DNA from: Mytilus edulis
Taxonomy: Eukaryota
Direction of reading: 5' to 3'
NCBI RefSeq assembly: GCF_963676685.1
Contig: NC_092353.1
Location: 66,340,001 to 66,404,000 of the forward strand
Length of the DNA stretch: 64,000 nucleotides
The stretch's first letter is position 1. Every line of letters begins with the position of its first letter. Below, in pieces: positions 24,278 through 37,600 of the stretch. The notes under the pieces were generated by a model. The model was not told the DNA's origin and searched no databases. It saw only the letters and a program-made list of their open reading frames with translations. A program made the translations under genes and the position numbers.

Positions 24278-26016
24278 AGTTTAAACATATTTTACTTGCA
24301 AAAGTAGCAAAAGGGATTGGACACAAGTTATAACAACATTAGAGACGTCCTCTCCCAATATAAAAATAAACACAAAGTACATTAGATAATGGCGAAAAAA
24401 AAACACAACATAGTAGTAATGCATGTAATACATACTTCAAACAAAAATTAGAAATAAAAAGAAAAAAGAAAAAAAAATACAATATAATAAGGAATAATAA
24501 TGAAACAACTAGACTGAAGTGAAAGGTTGTAAAGTAGAAATTTAGAATGTTAATTGACTGCTTTAAATCTTTGTGTTATTCTGATATAAGATTGTACGGA
24601 CTCAAAATGTCTTTGTTTTGATGAAAAGAAAGGTCACCGTCACCAGCTAAAAGAAGCTCAATGGATATAGCATAACTTTCTAATTTTGAAAACAGTATTT
24701 CTCTGGCTTCGTTGTGAAGAGCGCACTGTAAAAAATAGTGTATACTATCCTCAACAGGGTGGCCACAGCTGCATGCGGGACTGGGTTTAATATTAACACG
24801 ATGTAAATCTGAATTTAAAGAACTGCACATATTTCTCAAACGTGTATGAATGATATTAATTTTCTATCCCCACAACTAAAATAGGAAGGTGGCTGTATCA
24901 ATTTGGACTTCATCTTTCGTTTAAAAATATTTATGTTTTGGACGTACGTATGTCGGGGGAAGGCTATTCCATTCAAAAGTAGTGGATGGGAAAAAGGATT
25001 TTCTAGTTATGTCTAGTCTATAACCGGGTACTACATAATTATTACTGTTTCGCAAATCGTAGTTAGATACTTGACCAACAAGCGGGGGCATTAAATCACA
25101 GAGATAATCAGGGGCAGTCTCATTATGTATAGAATAGAACATATTGAGCATTCTGGATTTTCTTCTGTTCACAAGCAATTGCCAGCCAGTTTCAAAATAT
25201 ATAGCTTCCCAGTTACTAACCTCCCTGTTTCTAACTGAACATGTTCTAAATTGTCGGCTTCTTGTTGAGTACAACCATCCCATAACTCACATGCATATTC
25301 CATAACGGTTCTTATAAAAGTTAAATATATACGAGCAAGATAATTTCTATTCAATACATATTTCAATTTTTTAAGAACATTTAATCTCGTGCTTGCACAC
25401 TTTAAAATATTTTCTATATGTGTATGGAATTTATCATTGGAATCAAAAGTAATCCCTAAGTGTTTATGACAGGAGACAAATTCTACTAATTGGTTTTGAA
25501 ATTCTATTTCAATATCATCTGGGGAAGTATGGCAGGAGAATATCATAGCCTTTGTCTTATTAGGGTTAAAGTTATTAGCCAATCTTTAGACCATACTGAA
25601 ATTTGTTCTAAATCGCTGTTTAAGACATCCTCTATAGTGTAAGGGTTATTGCTGGAATAAGAAAGAGATGTATCATCAGCAAACAATCGAGTTAGACTTG
25701 TCAAATTATCAGCTATGTCATTTACATAAATAAGAAATATTAGGGGACCTAATACAGAGCCTTGCGGAACTCCTGCATTAGTATTATCAAAAGGCGAATA
25801 GGCATTTGAAACGAAAACGCTTTGTTTTCTATTTGAAATATAACTTTCAAACCATTTATACAGATTTCCATCAATATCATACGCTTTTAGTTTTATTAAG
25901 AGGCCACTATGCCATACCCTATCAAAAGCTTTCGAGGTATCACATAATATAAGAGATGTTATACAGCGATCATCAAGTGACATGCATATCCTATAATAAA
26001 TTTCTATTAGCTGGTG
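24278..26016 (-). mobile_element. 5'-truncated, frameshifted CR1/L2-group LINE (RT pseudogene) with 8-bp TSD
   Basis: ORF pieces DTSKAFDRVWH, GVPQGSVLGP, LFADD, KHLGI, CSCG..EDSIHYFLQC. TSD aacctttt at 24270-24277 and 26017-26024. Confidence 0.88.
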
Positions 26017-28408
26017 AACCTTTTGATATATACATGTACCTGTTAAAGATACGGAAAATGAAGCAGCTGTCGAGACAGCTATTGTGGTAAGTAGATATTT
26101 TGATTTTTTTCAAAGTTTCAATGTTGTGTGCGCGTTTAAGTCCGTTTTTGTTTGTTTTTTTTTAGGGGGGAGGGGGAGGGGGGATTAGCTATATCCCATA
26201 TCCCAAAAGTGCAATCCTCAAAATGAAAGTCACGTATATCACATTTTCATATGTCATATACATGTTTTGCCTCCAATATCACGTTTATATTAAAATTCTG
26301 CGCGAAATGAACAAAAGTTTCCGTCAATAACTTTATAACTGCATTATCGGATTTAACAGTTGATACCTTTATCGGTAGATATGAGTGTTCATATTTCCCT
26401 TTTCCTTATAATTCAATAAATATAGCCGTCCATGTTTTTCCCTTTGATTCGCTTTTTTCTATTTTATACTGATATAATATATGATTTTAAAAATTTACTT
26501 CAAATGTTTTGATCAAATACCCATGTATTTTAGGACGTTTCTTTAAACAGTGTGTATGGTAAAGGATCTAAAATAGTTACAGTTTATTGTTACTATTGTT
26601 TATTGTTACTTTTGTTTATTGTTACTTTTGTTTATAGTTACTTTTGTTTTTTGTTTTTTTTAGCCTTACCTATAGTCTTAATACGAAGCACTTGACGGAC
26701 TGAAAAAAACACACACAAATATGTATATTGATACATTACATCAAAAGGCATAACATGTACATCATCCCAGTCGGAACTTGTTTAATTACAAAGATTTTTA
26801 TAGATTTTACAACAAATATTTTGTGCTTCAGAAAAATACATGACAATTAGGTTAGGCTAATTTTTGTTTTCATTTAATAGAAAATAACTTATTGTATGGC
26901 AAGTATGCAAATACAAAAATGTTCCTTGTTTAGTACCTTCAATATTTGTCTCTACAATATCTTCCATGCATATGTATGCATCATACTTTTCATATACCGA
27001 GTATTTATGAATTTTTTAATTAGTTTGTTTCTAATATTGCGGAATATGCGTTATTTTATTCTCCACTTTGCAGTCATTCTTTGAATAAGTATTCCTTGTA
27101 AGACAATTTAAAGCCACATCAACTTCAATTCTTCATTTTCGGGCTTTTGGCCAAACTATAAGAGAACACAAATCCATGTTTGTCAAAGAACTCCACGTTA
27201 CTTAATTTAATAATACACAAAAAATCCCAACCTTTCTCTATTCTTATATAGCATTAACTGTTTAAAGGATGTCATATTGTTATAATTCAAAATTAAATTT
27301 GTGTTGTTTATAGTTATTTTCTGAGATATCGAAATTTCAGTGACAGTCATGAAGTAGCTAAAATGCCAAAAAAAATATGGTATGATTAACAACGAGACAA
27401 CTTTCCACAAGAGACCAACATGACTCAGATATTAACAAAAATAGGTCACCGTACGGCCTTCAACAATGAGCAAAGACCATACGGCATAGACAGCTATAAA
27501 AGGCTCCGAAATGACAATGTAAAACACTTTAGACGAGAAAACTAACGGAATTATTTATTAAAAAAACTAAATTTTATGATATACTAGTATGTAGATATAG
27601 GAAGATGTGGTGTGAGTGCCAATGAGACATGCAACTCTCTATCCAAATAACAATTTATAAAAAGGTAAACCATTATAGGTCAATGTACGGCCTTCAACAC
27701 GGAGCCTTGGCTCACACCGAACAACAAGCTATAAAGGGCCCCAAAATTACTAGTGTAAAAAAACAATAGCATAACATCACAACATAGAAAAACACACGTT
27801 AAAATATCAATTGGCAGACTTAACTCAATCAAAAAACATAAATTATTAATACACATATGTAGCTGTTTTCCTAAGAACTGTTAATAATATATGCATAAAA
27901 AGAAATGTCATAAGATGTTGGAACGTTTCGTAAATTATTAATCGACATAACTTCATTATATGCTATTAGATATATGTTTTAAGTGTCAATATCAATAAAA
28001 CACTTTCCAGTTACGATTATCTTTCCATTTTTAAATACCATAATTACGATTATCTTTTTTTCCGAGTTACGATTATCATCCCGAATTTTTCGACGGCAAT
28101 TTTCAAAGCGCTTAGACTAATCCAGTGCACCTTTACGATTCAAATATGATGTACTGGTATAGATAAACCTTGCAGCTGAGTAACTATTGACAAAAGCATG
28201 CTACATTTAAGAAAAATGAGTGTAAAGATTTTACATATATCTACCGTCGCCATATTGGGATAATCGTAATTGTAGTTACTATTATCTCTTTAATACCAGT
28301 GAAAATAATAATAAATTAAATCAATACCAAATGCCTCATTATTAATGGTAAGAAAGATAACTCACCATGCTATTGTATGAAATTTAAAATATCCAACTAT
28401 AAACCACC

Positions 28409-31400
28409 ATGAAAAACTATTTGCACATCTGTACGGTCAATGCTAATGGCCTACAGCAGGAACATATATATTAGATATACTGTTCCCAGCCTACAGCAAC
28501 CTGAAAAAATAAATAAAATAGTAAGTTGGGCAAATCAACAAAAATGTGATATCACTTTTATACAGGAAACTCATTTTACTAAACAAATGCAAGATACTTT
28601 GTTTAAAGAACTTGGTAAAAACATTTTCAGAAGTGATGGTACCAGTAATTCATGTGGAGTAGCAATATGGATAAAAGATAGAATTAATTTTAAAATTATT
28701 GATGAGCATAAAGATTCTGATGGCAGATTTATTTTGATTAATATTGAAATAAATGAAAACATTTACACGCTAGTAAATATCTATGCTCCAAATAGATCAA
28801 GAGAAAGAAATAGTTTTTTCAAAACAGTTAAATCAAATATAAATAAATATGGATTAGGTCAAACAATTCTTGGGGGAGATTTTAACGACATCTGGTCATT
28901 AATCGATACAAAAAATAAAACTAAATCCTCTAAAAAATTTGATAAACCAGTAACAGGTTTAAAAGGGCTTATAAAATCATGTAAATTGATAGACATTTGG
29001 AGAAGTAGAAATAAAAATTTAAGGCAATTCACGTGGTGTAGAAAAGATAGATCAGAAGCAACCAGAATTGATTACTTTCTGATTTCAAAAGAAGTACAAA
29101 AAAATTGTAAAAGCTGCGATATTAGACCTTTAGTACAGAAAATAACTGACCATAATGCAGTATCTTTGAAAATTAATACTGAAAGAGGAAATAAGGGGCG
29201 TGGCTACTGGAAATTAAACTCCAGTGTTTTAAATAATGATGACTATGTAAATGAAATAAACAAATTAATAAACAGATATGAAAACGAATCAATTAACTGT
29301 GATGATTTAGGGATACTATGGGACAATTTGAAAATAGAAGTAAGAGATGCAAGTTTAGACTATTGTAAAAGAAAAGCCAAATTTAAAAAAGATAAAATAA
29401 ATATCCTAGAAAAACAACTAAATGATCTCAATAATAAAGCAAATAAATTGGTACAGACGTAAATCATATTATATTACAAAAAGAAATTGAGAATTTGGAA
29501 AATGATCTAGATTGTTTATATAAAGACAAAATTAAAGGACAAAAAATAAGATCAAGGGTAAAGTGGTTCGAAGAAGGGGAAAAAAATAGTGCATACTTTT
29601 TGGGACTAGAAAAAAGTCGTCAAACAAAAAAGATTATAACTGAACTATATGATGAAAATGGGATCCCAACAACTGATCAAGATAAAATTCTAAATCTACA
29701 AGTAAAATATTATAAAAAACTTTATGAGTCTACTAATCCTTGTGAAAATGAAGTTAAAACATATATTAATGAAACAAAATTAACAAAAACGCTTAAAGAT
29801 TCCGATAGTAATCAATGTGAAGGGAAAGTAACAGAAATTGAATGCACTGATGCAATTTTTAAAACGAAGCTTAATAAATCCCCTGGTCTTGATGGATTGA
29901 CAGTGGAATTTTATAGGCAATTTTGGACAAGCCTTAAACATATTGTTGTCAAAGTATTTAATTATAATTATGAAAAAAAAGAACTTACAAACTCACAAAA
30001 GAAAGGTGCAATTTCACTAATTTTTAAAAAAAATGATCCTCTTTCATTAGATAATTATCGTCCCATAACTTTATTAAACATTGATACTAAACTATTAGCT
30101 TATGTATTAGCTCAGAGACTTAAAAAAGTACTACCATCTATTATTAGTCTAGATCAAACAGGATATGTTAAAAATAGATATATTGGTTTTAACATCAGAC
30201 AAATTCAAGATATAATAGATTATTCTGAGAAATTTAATATAGAAGGAGCAATCCTTTTCTTAGATTTCAGTAAAGCTTTTGACTCACTAGAATGGACTTT
30301 TATGACGGAAACACTAAAACGGTTTGGATTTAAAAGTAGCTTTATCAGATGGGTGGAAACTATGTATAACGACATTAAGGGATGTATCTTAAATAATGGG
30401 TGGGTCTCAGGTCCATTTAAAATATTTCGAGGGATACGACAAGGGTGTCCGATTTCAGCGTTACTTTTTGTTATAACAGTAGAATTAATGGCAATAAGAC
30501 TTAGAAGTAATAAAGATTTTAAAGGTATAAAAATTACATTAGATGGAAAATCTTGTAATTTAAAAATTTGTCAATTAGCTGATGATACAACACTTTTTCT
30601 TCAGTCAAGGAAAGAAATAAGTTTAGCTCTCAGTATAATTGAAACATTTGGAAGTTTTTCAGGGCTTAAGCTAAATAGAAATAAAACTGAAGGGGTATGG
30701 TTAGGACGACTAAAAAGTTCAAAAGATAAATATGAAAATATAAATTGGACCGACAAACCAATCAAAAGCCTTGGAATATATTTTGGGTATGACAAAAAAG
30801 AGTGTCAAACATTAAATATTGAAAAAGTGTTGGACAAATTAACGAAACTTGTAGAAAGATGGGCAAAAAGAAAGTTAACAATACTTGGAAAAATATTAGT
30901 AGTAAAAGCTCTTCTTCTACCAAATATAACCTACATTGCGACTAACAGTATCATTACTAAAGAAAATCTACAAAATATAAATAAAATCTTATATAAATTC
31001 ATTTGGAACGGAGGAAAAGATAAAATAAAAAGGTCAATAATAACAAAAAACTTCGCAGAAGGGGGGTTAAAAATGATTGATATAGAATCCTATATAAAAT
31101 CTATACATTTAAAATGGATTATAAAAATATTAGAATCAGAAAGTGCAAATTGGTCTGTATTATCAAAACTATACCTTAATAAATTTGGAAAAAACCTTCT
31201 TATTTTTAAGATGAATGTGAATAACACAAAATTGCTAGATAAAAACATATGGAACAGTACACCAACCTTCTATCAAGAGATGATAAAAACATGGATAAAT
31301 GTAAATAATTGTGAAAACAATCAACATGATCAAATCAATAATTATTTAGAAATAAGGAAACAAGTTATATGGGGAAACAAATTCATAAAATTTCAAGGAA

Positions 31401-32293
31401 AATGTCTGTTCTTTGATAATTGGATTGATAGTAACATACTATATATAAATGACATAATAGATAAAAGAGGAAATATATCAGAAGAAATTATTATTTCAAA
31501 ATTAAGAAATAAAAGGAATTGGATTTCTGAATTCTCAAAACTAAAAAGATCCATACCAAAGCAATGGACCAACAAATTAAAATCAGAAGAATCAATCAAA
31601 ACAAAAGTCCATTTCAACCGAACAAAAACTAAACTTAGAGATTGTAATGATGTTCTAACTATTAATGCTAAAAACATATACAACTTAGTATTAAGTGTGT
31701 CAAAAACAGAAATACCAGTAGGATTTTTGAAATGGGAAAGAGTCTTAAGCAAAGGGAGACTAATAAATGAATTTAAAGACTCTATTAAATTTAATTTTGA
31801 ATATCTTAAAGATAATAAAATAAAAATGTTTAGGTGGAAACTAATGCACTTTATTTTGCCAAATGAGGTGTTGCTTTTTCAGTGGAAAATTTCACAAAAC
31901 AATTTGTGTTCATATTGCAATGAAATAGATAATTATAATCATTTTTTCATTACATGTTCATATCATAAAACATTCTGGAAATCAATGAAAGTTTTACTTA
32001 AAAAAGTCTTCATAGGCGAACATGTGATAAGTCTTCATTCGTTGGTTATAGGATACAAAATTCATGACAATGTATACTATGCGCTAAATCATTTGCTTAG
32101 CTTAATGTTCTTTTCAGTCTATAAATCACATTATGTTTCCAATAAAAAAAACAAAGCAGTAGACACCTTTAAAATTTTTGAATATGAGGTAGAAAATACT
32201 GTAGAATTATATAGTATGACCAATACAGAGATCAGTAGTTTATTTACAAATGTGTTGAATATTTTGAAGTATAAAAATGAAGTCATTTTATAG
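28409..32293 (+). pseudogene. LINE ORF2 (AP endonuclease + reverse transcriptase + C-terminal Cys/His motif) with two frameshifts
   Basis: Likely start ccaccATG at 28409 (MKNYLHICTVNANGLQQ), broken by a 40-bp insertion at 28459-28498. QETH, NIYAPN, GGDFND, RIDYF, TDH motifs. Apparent 1-nt deletion near 29448. KSPGLDG, YRPITLLN, DFSKAFD, RQGCPIS, LADD, CSYC..H....C. Confidence 0.93.
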
Positions 32294-34685
32294 TTAACTT
32301 AAGCTACATGTACATGTATAGAAAAAAAACAGATGTTATAGATCTAGATTATGTGTGATTGCATGTGTGTGTTTTTTTTTTTTTTTTTTCCTTCCTTTAT
32401 TATAAATGTACTATGCAAGTAATTATCTGTAAGTGCTATGCCTAAGGTGTGAGTAAGTGTGAAAGGTTTGTTTGTATGTTAAATTTATCATGTGGCAATG
32501 AACAAGAATGACTGTAAGCGCAGAAGTTTGTGTGTACAGTAATTATTACTATTATGTATGAATGATAATGTGGGTAAATCAGATATATTAGTGTGTAGGT
32601 CTGTGTGTGTGTCTTTGTCAATATATAGGTACTTCGACACGTGTACACTAAATATGTGTATTGTTTACAAACTTAGACAGGTAAACTAAAGGTCACGACA
32701 CGATACTTATCTAGGTCAAATCAATAACAAATTTAATAAAGATTGAAAGTGCAACTGTGAAAAATATATTTACACTCCAACTTACCTTTACGCAATATTA
32801 TTCCAAAATTTTAAAACCACATCGAAATTAATAATCCAAATTCACGAAACACTTCAAAAAATATTGTCCAAACACGAGGATAAGACAAGGCGTGTGAGGT
32901 CACTTGACCGCAATATTTATTTTTGATTAAATAATAAAAGAACCTAAAAAGTCATTCCGGATGAATGATCAAATTCCGTAAAACAATTAGTGTGTAGATA
33001 TTTTTTATATGAATATATCTGAAAATACTTTAAGTGATGTAGAAAAGACTATTTGTAACACATATAATAATAGTTTAATGTGTGAATTAAAACAATGTAA
33101 TTTATTAGTTAATTTTACTGAATATTATCCCTGGGTATTCAGTTGTAATCTAACAGGGAAACTTGATGAAATGCTGTACACCAAGTTTAATTGTTAAACA
33201 GCAATATGTGCAATAAAGAATCAATTAGAGTGTTAAAAAAAAAAAAAGACAATCTGATGCAGATTTTGAACATTACTTATTCATAAAAGGTAACAATCTG
33301 ACCGAAAAAAATATCCCAATACCAAACCCCATTATTCTGACTCAGAGGCAATCAGGCTTTTCTCTTAATCCTCAATGCTGCATGCCTAGCAGAGAAGCAG
33401 CCGTTACATAACAGAGACACTTTTTACAAAGACAATCTTTCAGTAAATTAGGATTTATAGACCTCATTTATGAAATGGATAAATGACATATTTGTCTGCT
33501 CTTCCCGAACACCTTTCTATGTAAATGTTTTTACTTGTATTTCCCTTTTGTTTAAACCTGATAGTATTGCCTATCTTTATTCAGTTTACAGTATATAATT
33601 TCTCATAAGGTTTATACAGAATCAGTTAGTTTGTTTAGCAAAACGTGTGGGCTAACTTTACTTTTACCACTGTACCATATATTTAGATCATTTACCAGAC
33701 TGAGCCAACTTTATTATATAGATTTTTCTCATTGTTGAAGGCTTGTCCTATATATGGTTTCAAGATTTCTTGCTGGACATTGAACAACTATTCATCATTC
33801 CTCATTACAATACCATATATTTAAAACGAATAACATTAAATGACAAATAAAATATACAGTAAAACAACTTTTTATTTCATATTTTAGCAACAAACACATA
33901 TTAGTTCACTGTTTTTCTTGCATCATACAAGCTATTCTGCACAATAAAAAAAACACACTTTCTCTCTCTCTCTCTCTCTAGCACAGAAACACCACACACA
34001 TTGTTAAATAAACAAAGCTACAACTAGCATTCCTACATACATAGAATTAATTTATTAATTATCTTATATTCTAAAGGCAAGTTGGTCTTGGTAAAATTAA
34101 GGTTTACATTAAGTGTTTTTTTGGTAAGATAAGAAATTTTCTGTTGCTGCAATATTCCAAGCAAAAAAACTGAATAATTTTTGGTTCAAAATCATATATA
34201 TCATTTCAAAATTTAATTCTTTAATCTTTAATAATAATTTCTCATGATTCCAAGTTTTTTATTATTGATATGAGAAGAAAAAATCCCTTAAAAATAAATT
34301 TGCAGAGGATGCAACATACTTTAATTAATTTGTGTACTATTATGATTATGTAAACACACTTTTGTAGCACCTTTTCATACTATGTATATCACAGACTGAT
34401 CACCTTTCTGGTTGATTCTGAAAAATCAATAGATAGAACTTTCTTCATGCAAAACAGTATTGGTAAAACACCTAGCATTCAATACACAAATTCTGTTCTA
34501 TAGATACTTATTTTTCCACACTCTCTTTCACATTCTAACATACATTTTGTCTTTCATTCAATAGATTAGAAATTATCTCAGTTTTATCACATACATTTTG
34601 TCTATCACTCCATAGATTAGAGATTATCCAGAGATTAGAGATTATCACAGTTTTTATCACAGACTGGTTTCACTGCCAACAATGT

Positions 34686-37600
34686 TTATGAGATATACCA
34701 GTTCCATTTACTTTCATCATCATCATCGTCATCTTCTTCCCCAGTTGATCCTGGCAAACCTCGTCTTGAATTTACTTTCCTCCAAATACGCCTATGATAA
34801 AGTCAATAAAAATTAAAGTGATGATCAAGAGTTAAACACAGTATTTTCAAAGCATAAAAAAAAGATGTGCAAAACTATCCATCAGAGTTCAATAAGTGGA
34901 TAAATACAATAATAGATTCAGCCTTCAACAATGAGAAAAACCCATACCATATAGTTGGCTCATTCAATTACATTATATTCAAAGTCTTCAACTTTTTGTC
35001 TATTTCCCCAATTATAACATGACAATTTTAGAAAAGAATCTTTTAGACTTACTATTCAAACCTTAGAAACTTTTTTTACATTCCTTTAATTCTTCTATTT
35101 TTTCAGATTTTTTCCATTTCAAAATGTAATAACTTTTTAGAGTTAAGTTGACAAAATTTCCCTCAAATAGAAACATTCTAAGGTATTCTTGCTCAGTTAA
35201 CATGTATTTCAAAAAAATGTTAATTGCAAATATCATCTATACCTAAGAATTATGTTTTAACTGAAATTTATAAGGTCATCTGCATCTGACCCAAAAAGTG
35301 TGAAATCAAATATTCAATGTAAGCATCATAGAGCAAATTTGGTCTGGTTTTAAATACATTGGTTGGAACTAAAACAATATTTATCTTACAGCTCTTTCGT
35401 TAATATTAGCATCTGAATAAAGGGGAGATTACTAGCATATTTGTTTCATTAATGTATTTTGGATCTGACTAGCATCCTCATCACAAGTATCAGCACTCTG
35501 TTTATTGTCCAAGCATTATAAGGAAGGGTAAACATACATTTAGCTCTCAGATTTCAAACTAAAGGGCAGATAATTTACTCTTGTGTTCTAAATAAAGGGG
35601 AGACAATTTACTCTTGTCTGCTAGATAAAGGTGAGATAACATACCTAGCATCTCTCTCACTAGTGTCAGCATCTTGTATAGCATCTTTTAGTTCACTTTC
35701 CATATCTCCTATTGTCTTTTCTAAATACTCATTCTGTTTTAACAACTTTTGAACTTCAATCTAGAAAAAAATATTAAACATGGAAATAATCATATTAAGA
35801 AAAATCCCTCCCCCCATCAATTTTTTTTTTCTTTTCACTCCATAAAATTCACTGCTTCTTTAAACAGTTAGGAATAAAAATTAAATTAAGCTTCATTTGC
35901 AATTTTGTTTTGGATTGTGTACGATGAAAGTAGATAGTTGAATGCAGATATAAATCTGTTATTAAAAATTTAGATCTTACCAGACTTTGACTTGTCACAT
36001 TTTGATATAAGAAAGATTATATGTCATCCTCAATTCATGTATATTTTTTTTATTATATAAAGTTAAATTTCACAACCATAAGCCTTCAAAGGAAAGCTGA
36101 ACTTTTTTACCTCAGTTTCTTTGATGCACTGTTCTAGGTGAGAACACACAGTTAACGGAACATAATCAGCTCTTAGTTTTGTTCGTAAATCCTGTAAATC
36201 ATCCAGTTTTTCTAAGATCTGAGATTTAACATGCTCTATTTCATCACATAACTCTGGAGGTGGTTCTTCCTTATATACACTGGAAATAGCTGGCCGAGGT
36301 TCTGAAAAATTATCATTAATGTACAGTAATGAGTAAATCTATAAATATCATTCATACATGTATCTTCGTTAAAAAAAAAGTCAAATGATCAATTTTAGTT
36401 TTCGTTTGTATGAGGAATGAAATCTTATTAAAGTAAGCTTGCTCATTGTTGAAGGCTGTATGGTGACCTATACTATAGTTGTTAATTTCGGTCATTTGGT
36501 CTCTTGTGGAGAGTCGTCTCATTGGCAATTATACCACATCTTCTTTTTATATTCACATCACTTTTTGTTCATATCCACAAACAAAATGTACTGTACATGT
36601 ACACCAATTGTTCTTAGCAAAAATAGAACAATTAATCATTTCAGTTTGACCATTTCATACTTTAATTATTTAGAAAGTTTTTTTTATTGCTTATATCAAT
36701 TAAAATAAAACCATTTCAAATTGACCTCTATAAAAGGTTATTGCTTCAGCTACTAAACACAGTCATTGGGATATCAACTATTGCTTAACATTGTGTCAGC
36801 TTAAAAATGATATATCACAACTTTGTGAAAACAGGTGACAGAAAAAAAATGTTTAATTTATTAAAATATGCCTATTTATGTTTTTTTTAAGATAGTACAC
36901 ACAAATTCTGATTTTTAGTACCAATGTGTCCCTTACACTTTCCCCTTTTTTAGTTTCCATATAGACACAGCAAAAAAACCAATACCACCACATAATAGTC
37001 CTACGTTTAGGATGTGTTGATTTAAACTCATAAAAGTATAAATAGAAAGAGACAGTGGCAGTAGCAGATCTAGAGGTGGGTTTGAACCCCCTTTAAAAAA
37101 TGGTTAGATCTGCCCCTGATAGAAGTCATGAACCAGTTAACCAAATTTTAGGTTATAAAACAAGTATTAACAATAACAAAGCACTAGTATTTTTTATATA
37201 TATAAAATTGCATCAACAATAAAGAAACCACTTACCTGGTTCTGAAACATTTTCTAACCATATCTTTTCTTCATTTAACTTCTTTCTTAGTCTGTAAAAT
37301 ATAATATTTAATTATCAATGAAATGGCAGTTGAAAGTGCAGTCAAACAACTACCAAAGAACCACATTGAACATGTAGAAACTTAAATCTGCCATAGAACG
37401 ACATCTGAAATGTAGAAAAATTGAAGGCGCTATAGAATCGTATCTGAAACGTTGAAATTTAAAGCTGCCATAGAACCATATCAGAAATGTAGAAATTTAA
37501 ATCTGATGGATAACCACATCTCAATTGTAGAAACTTAACAGTGTGATGTCCTTTGATTTATCTTCATTTTGGATTTATTATTACTAGGAATGTTAAAAAA

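Larger units (their letters stand above)
23585..28301. mobile_element. Non-autonomous DNA transposon with CAC termini, ~240-bp TIRs and 5-bp TSD (Transib-like or CMC/EnSpm-like)
   Basis: CACTGGTATTAAAGAG... (23585 to about 23822) is the reverse complement of about 28064-28301. AAAAT at 23580-23584 and 28302-28306. Subterminal GATAAT(C/A)GTAA repeats. Confidence 0.88.
21091..33247 (+). mobile_element. Full-length Tx1/L1-group non-LTR retrotransposon, disrupted
   Basis: 15-bp TSD gacaatctgatgcag at 21076-21090 and 33248-33262. AATAAA at 33212 and A-tail 33235-33247. Zinc-knuckle ORF1 and APE+RT ORF2. Confidence 0.95.

Noticed and set aside
28440-28500. ORF-track start MLMAYSRNIY for the endonuclease
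   Set aside because: Artefact of the 40-bp insertion; the motif-consistent start is 28409.
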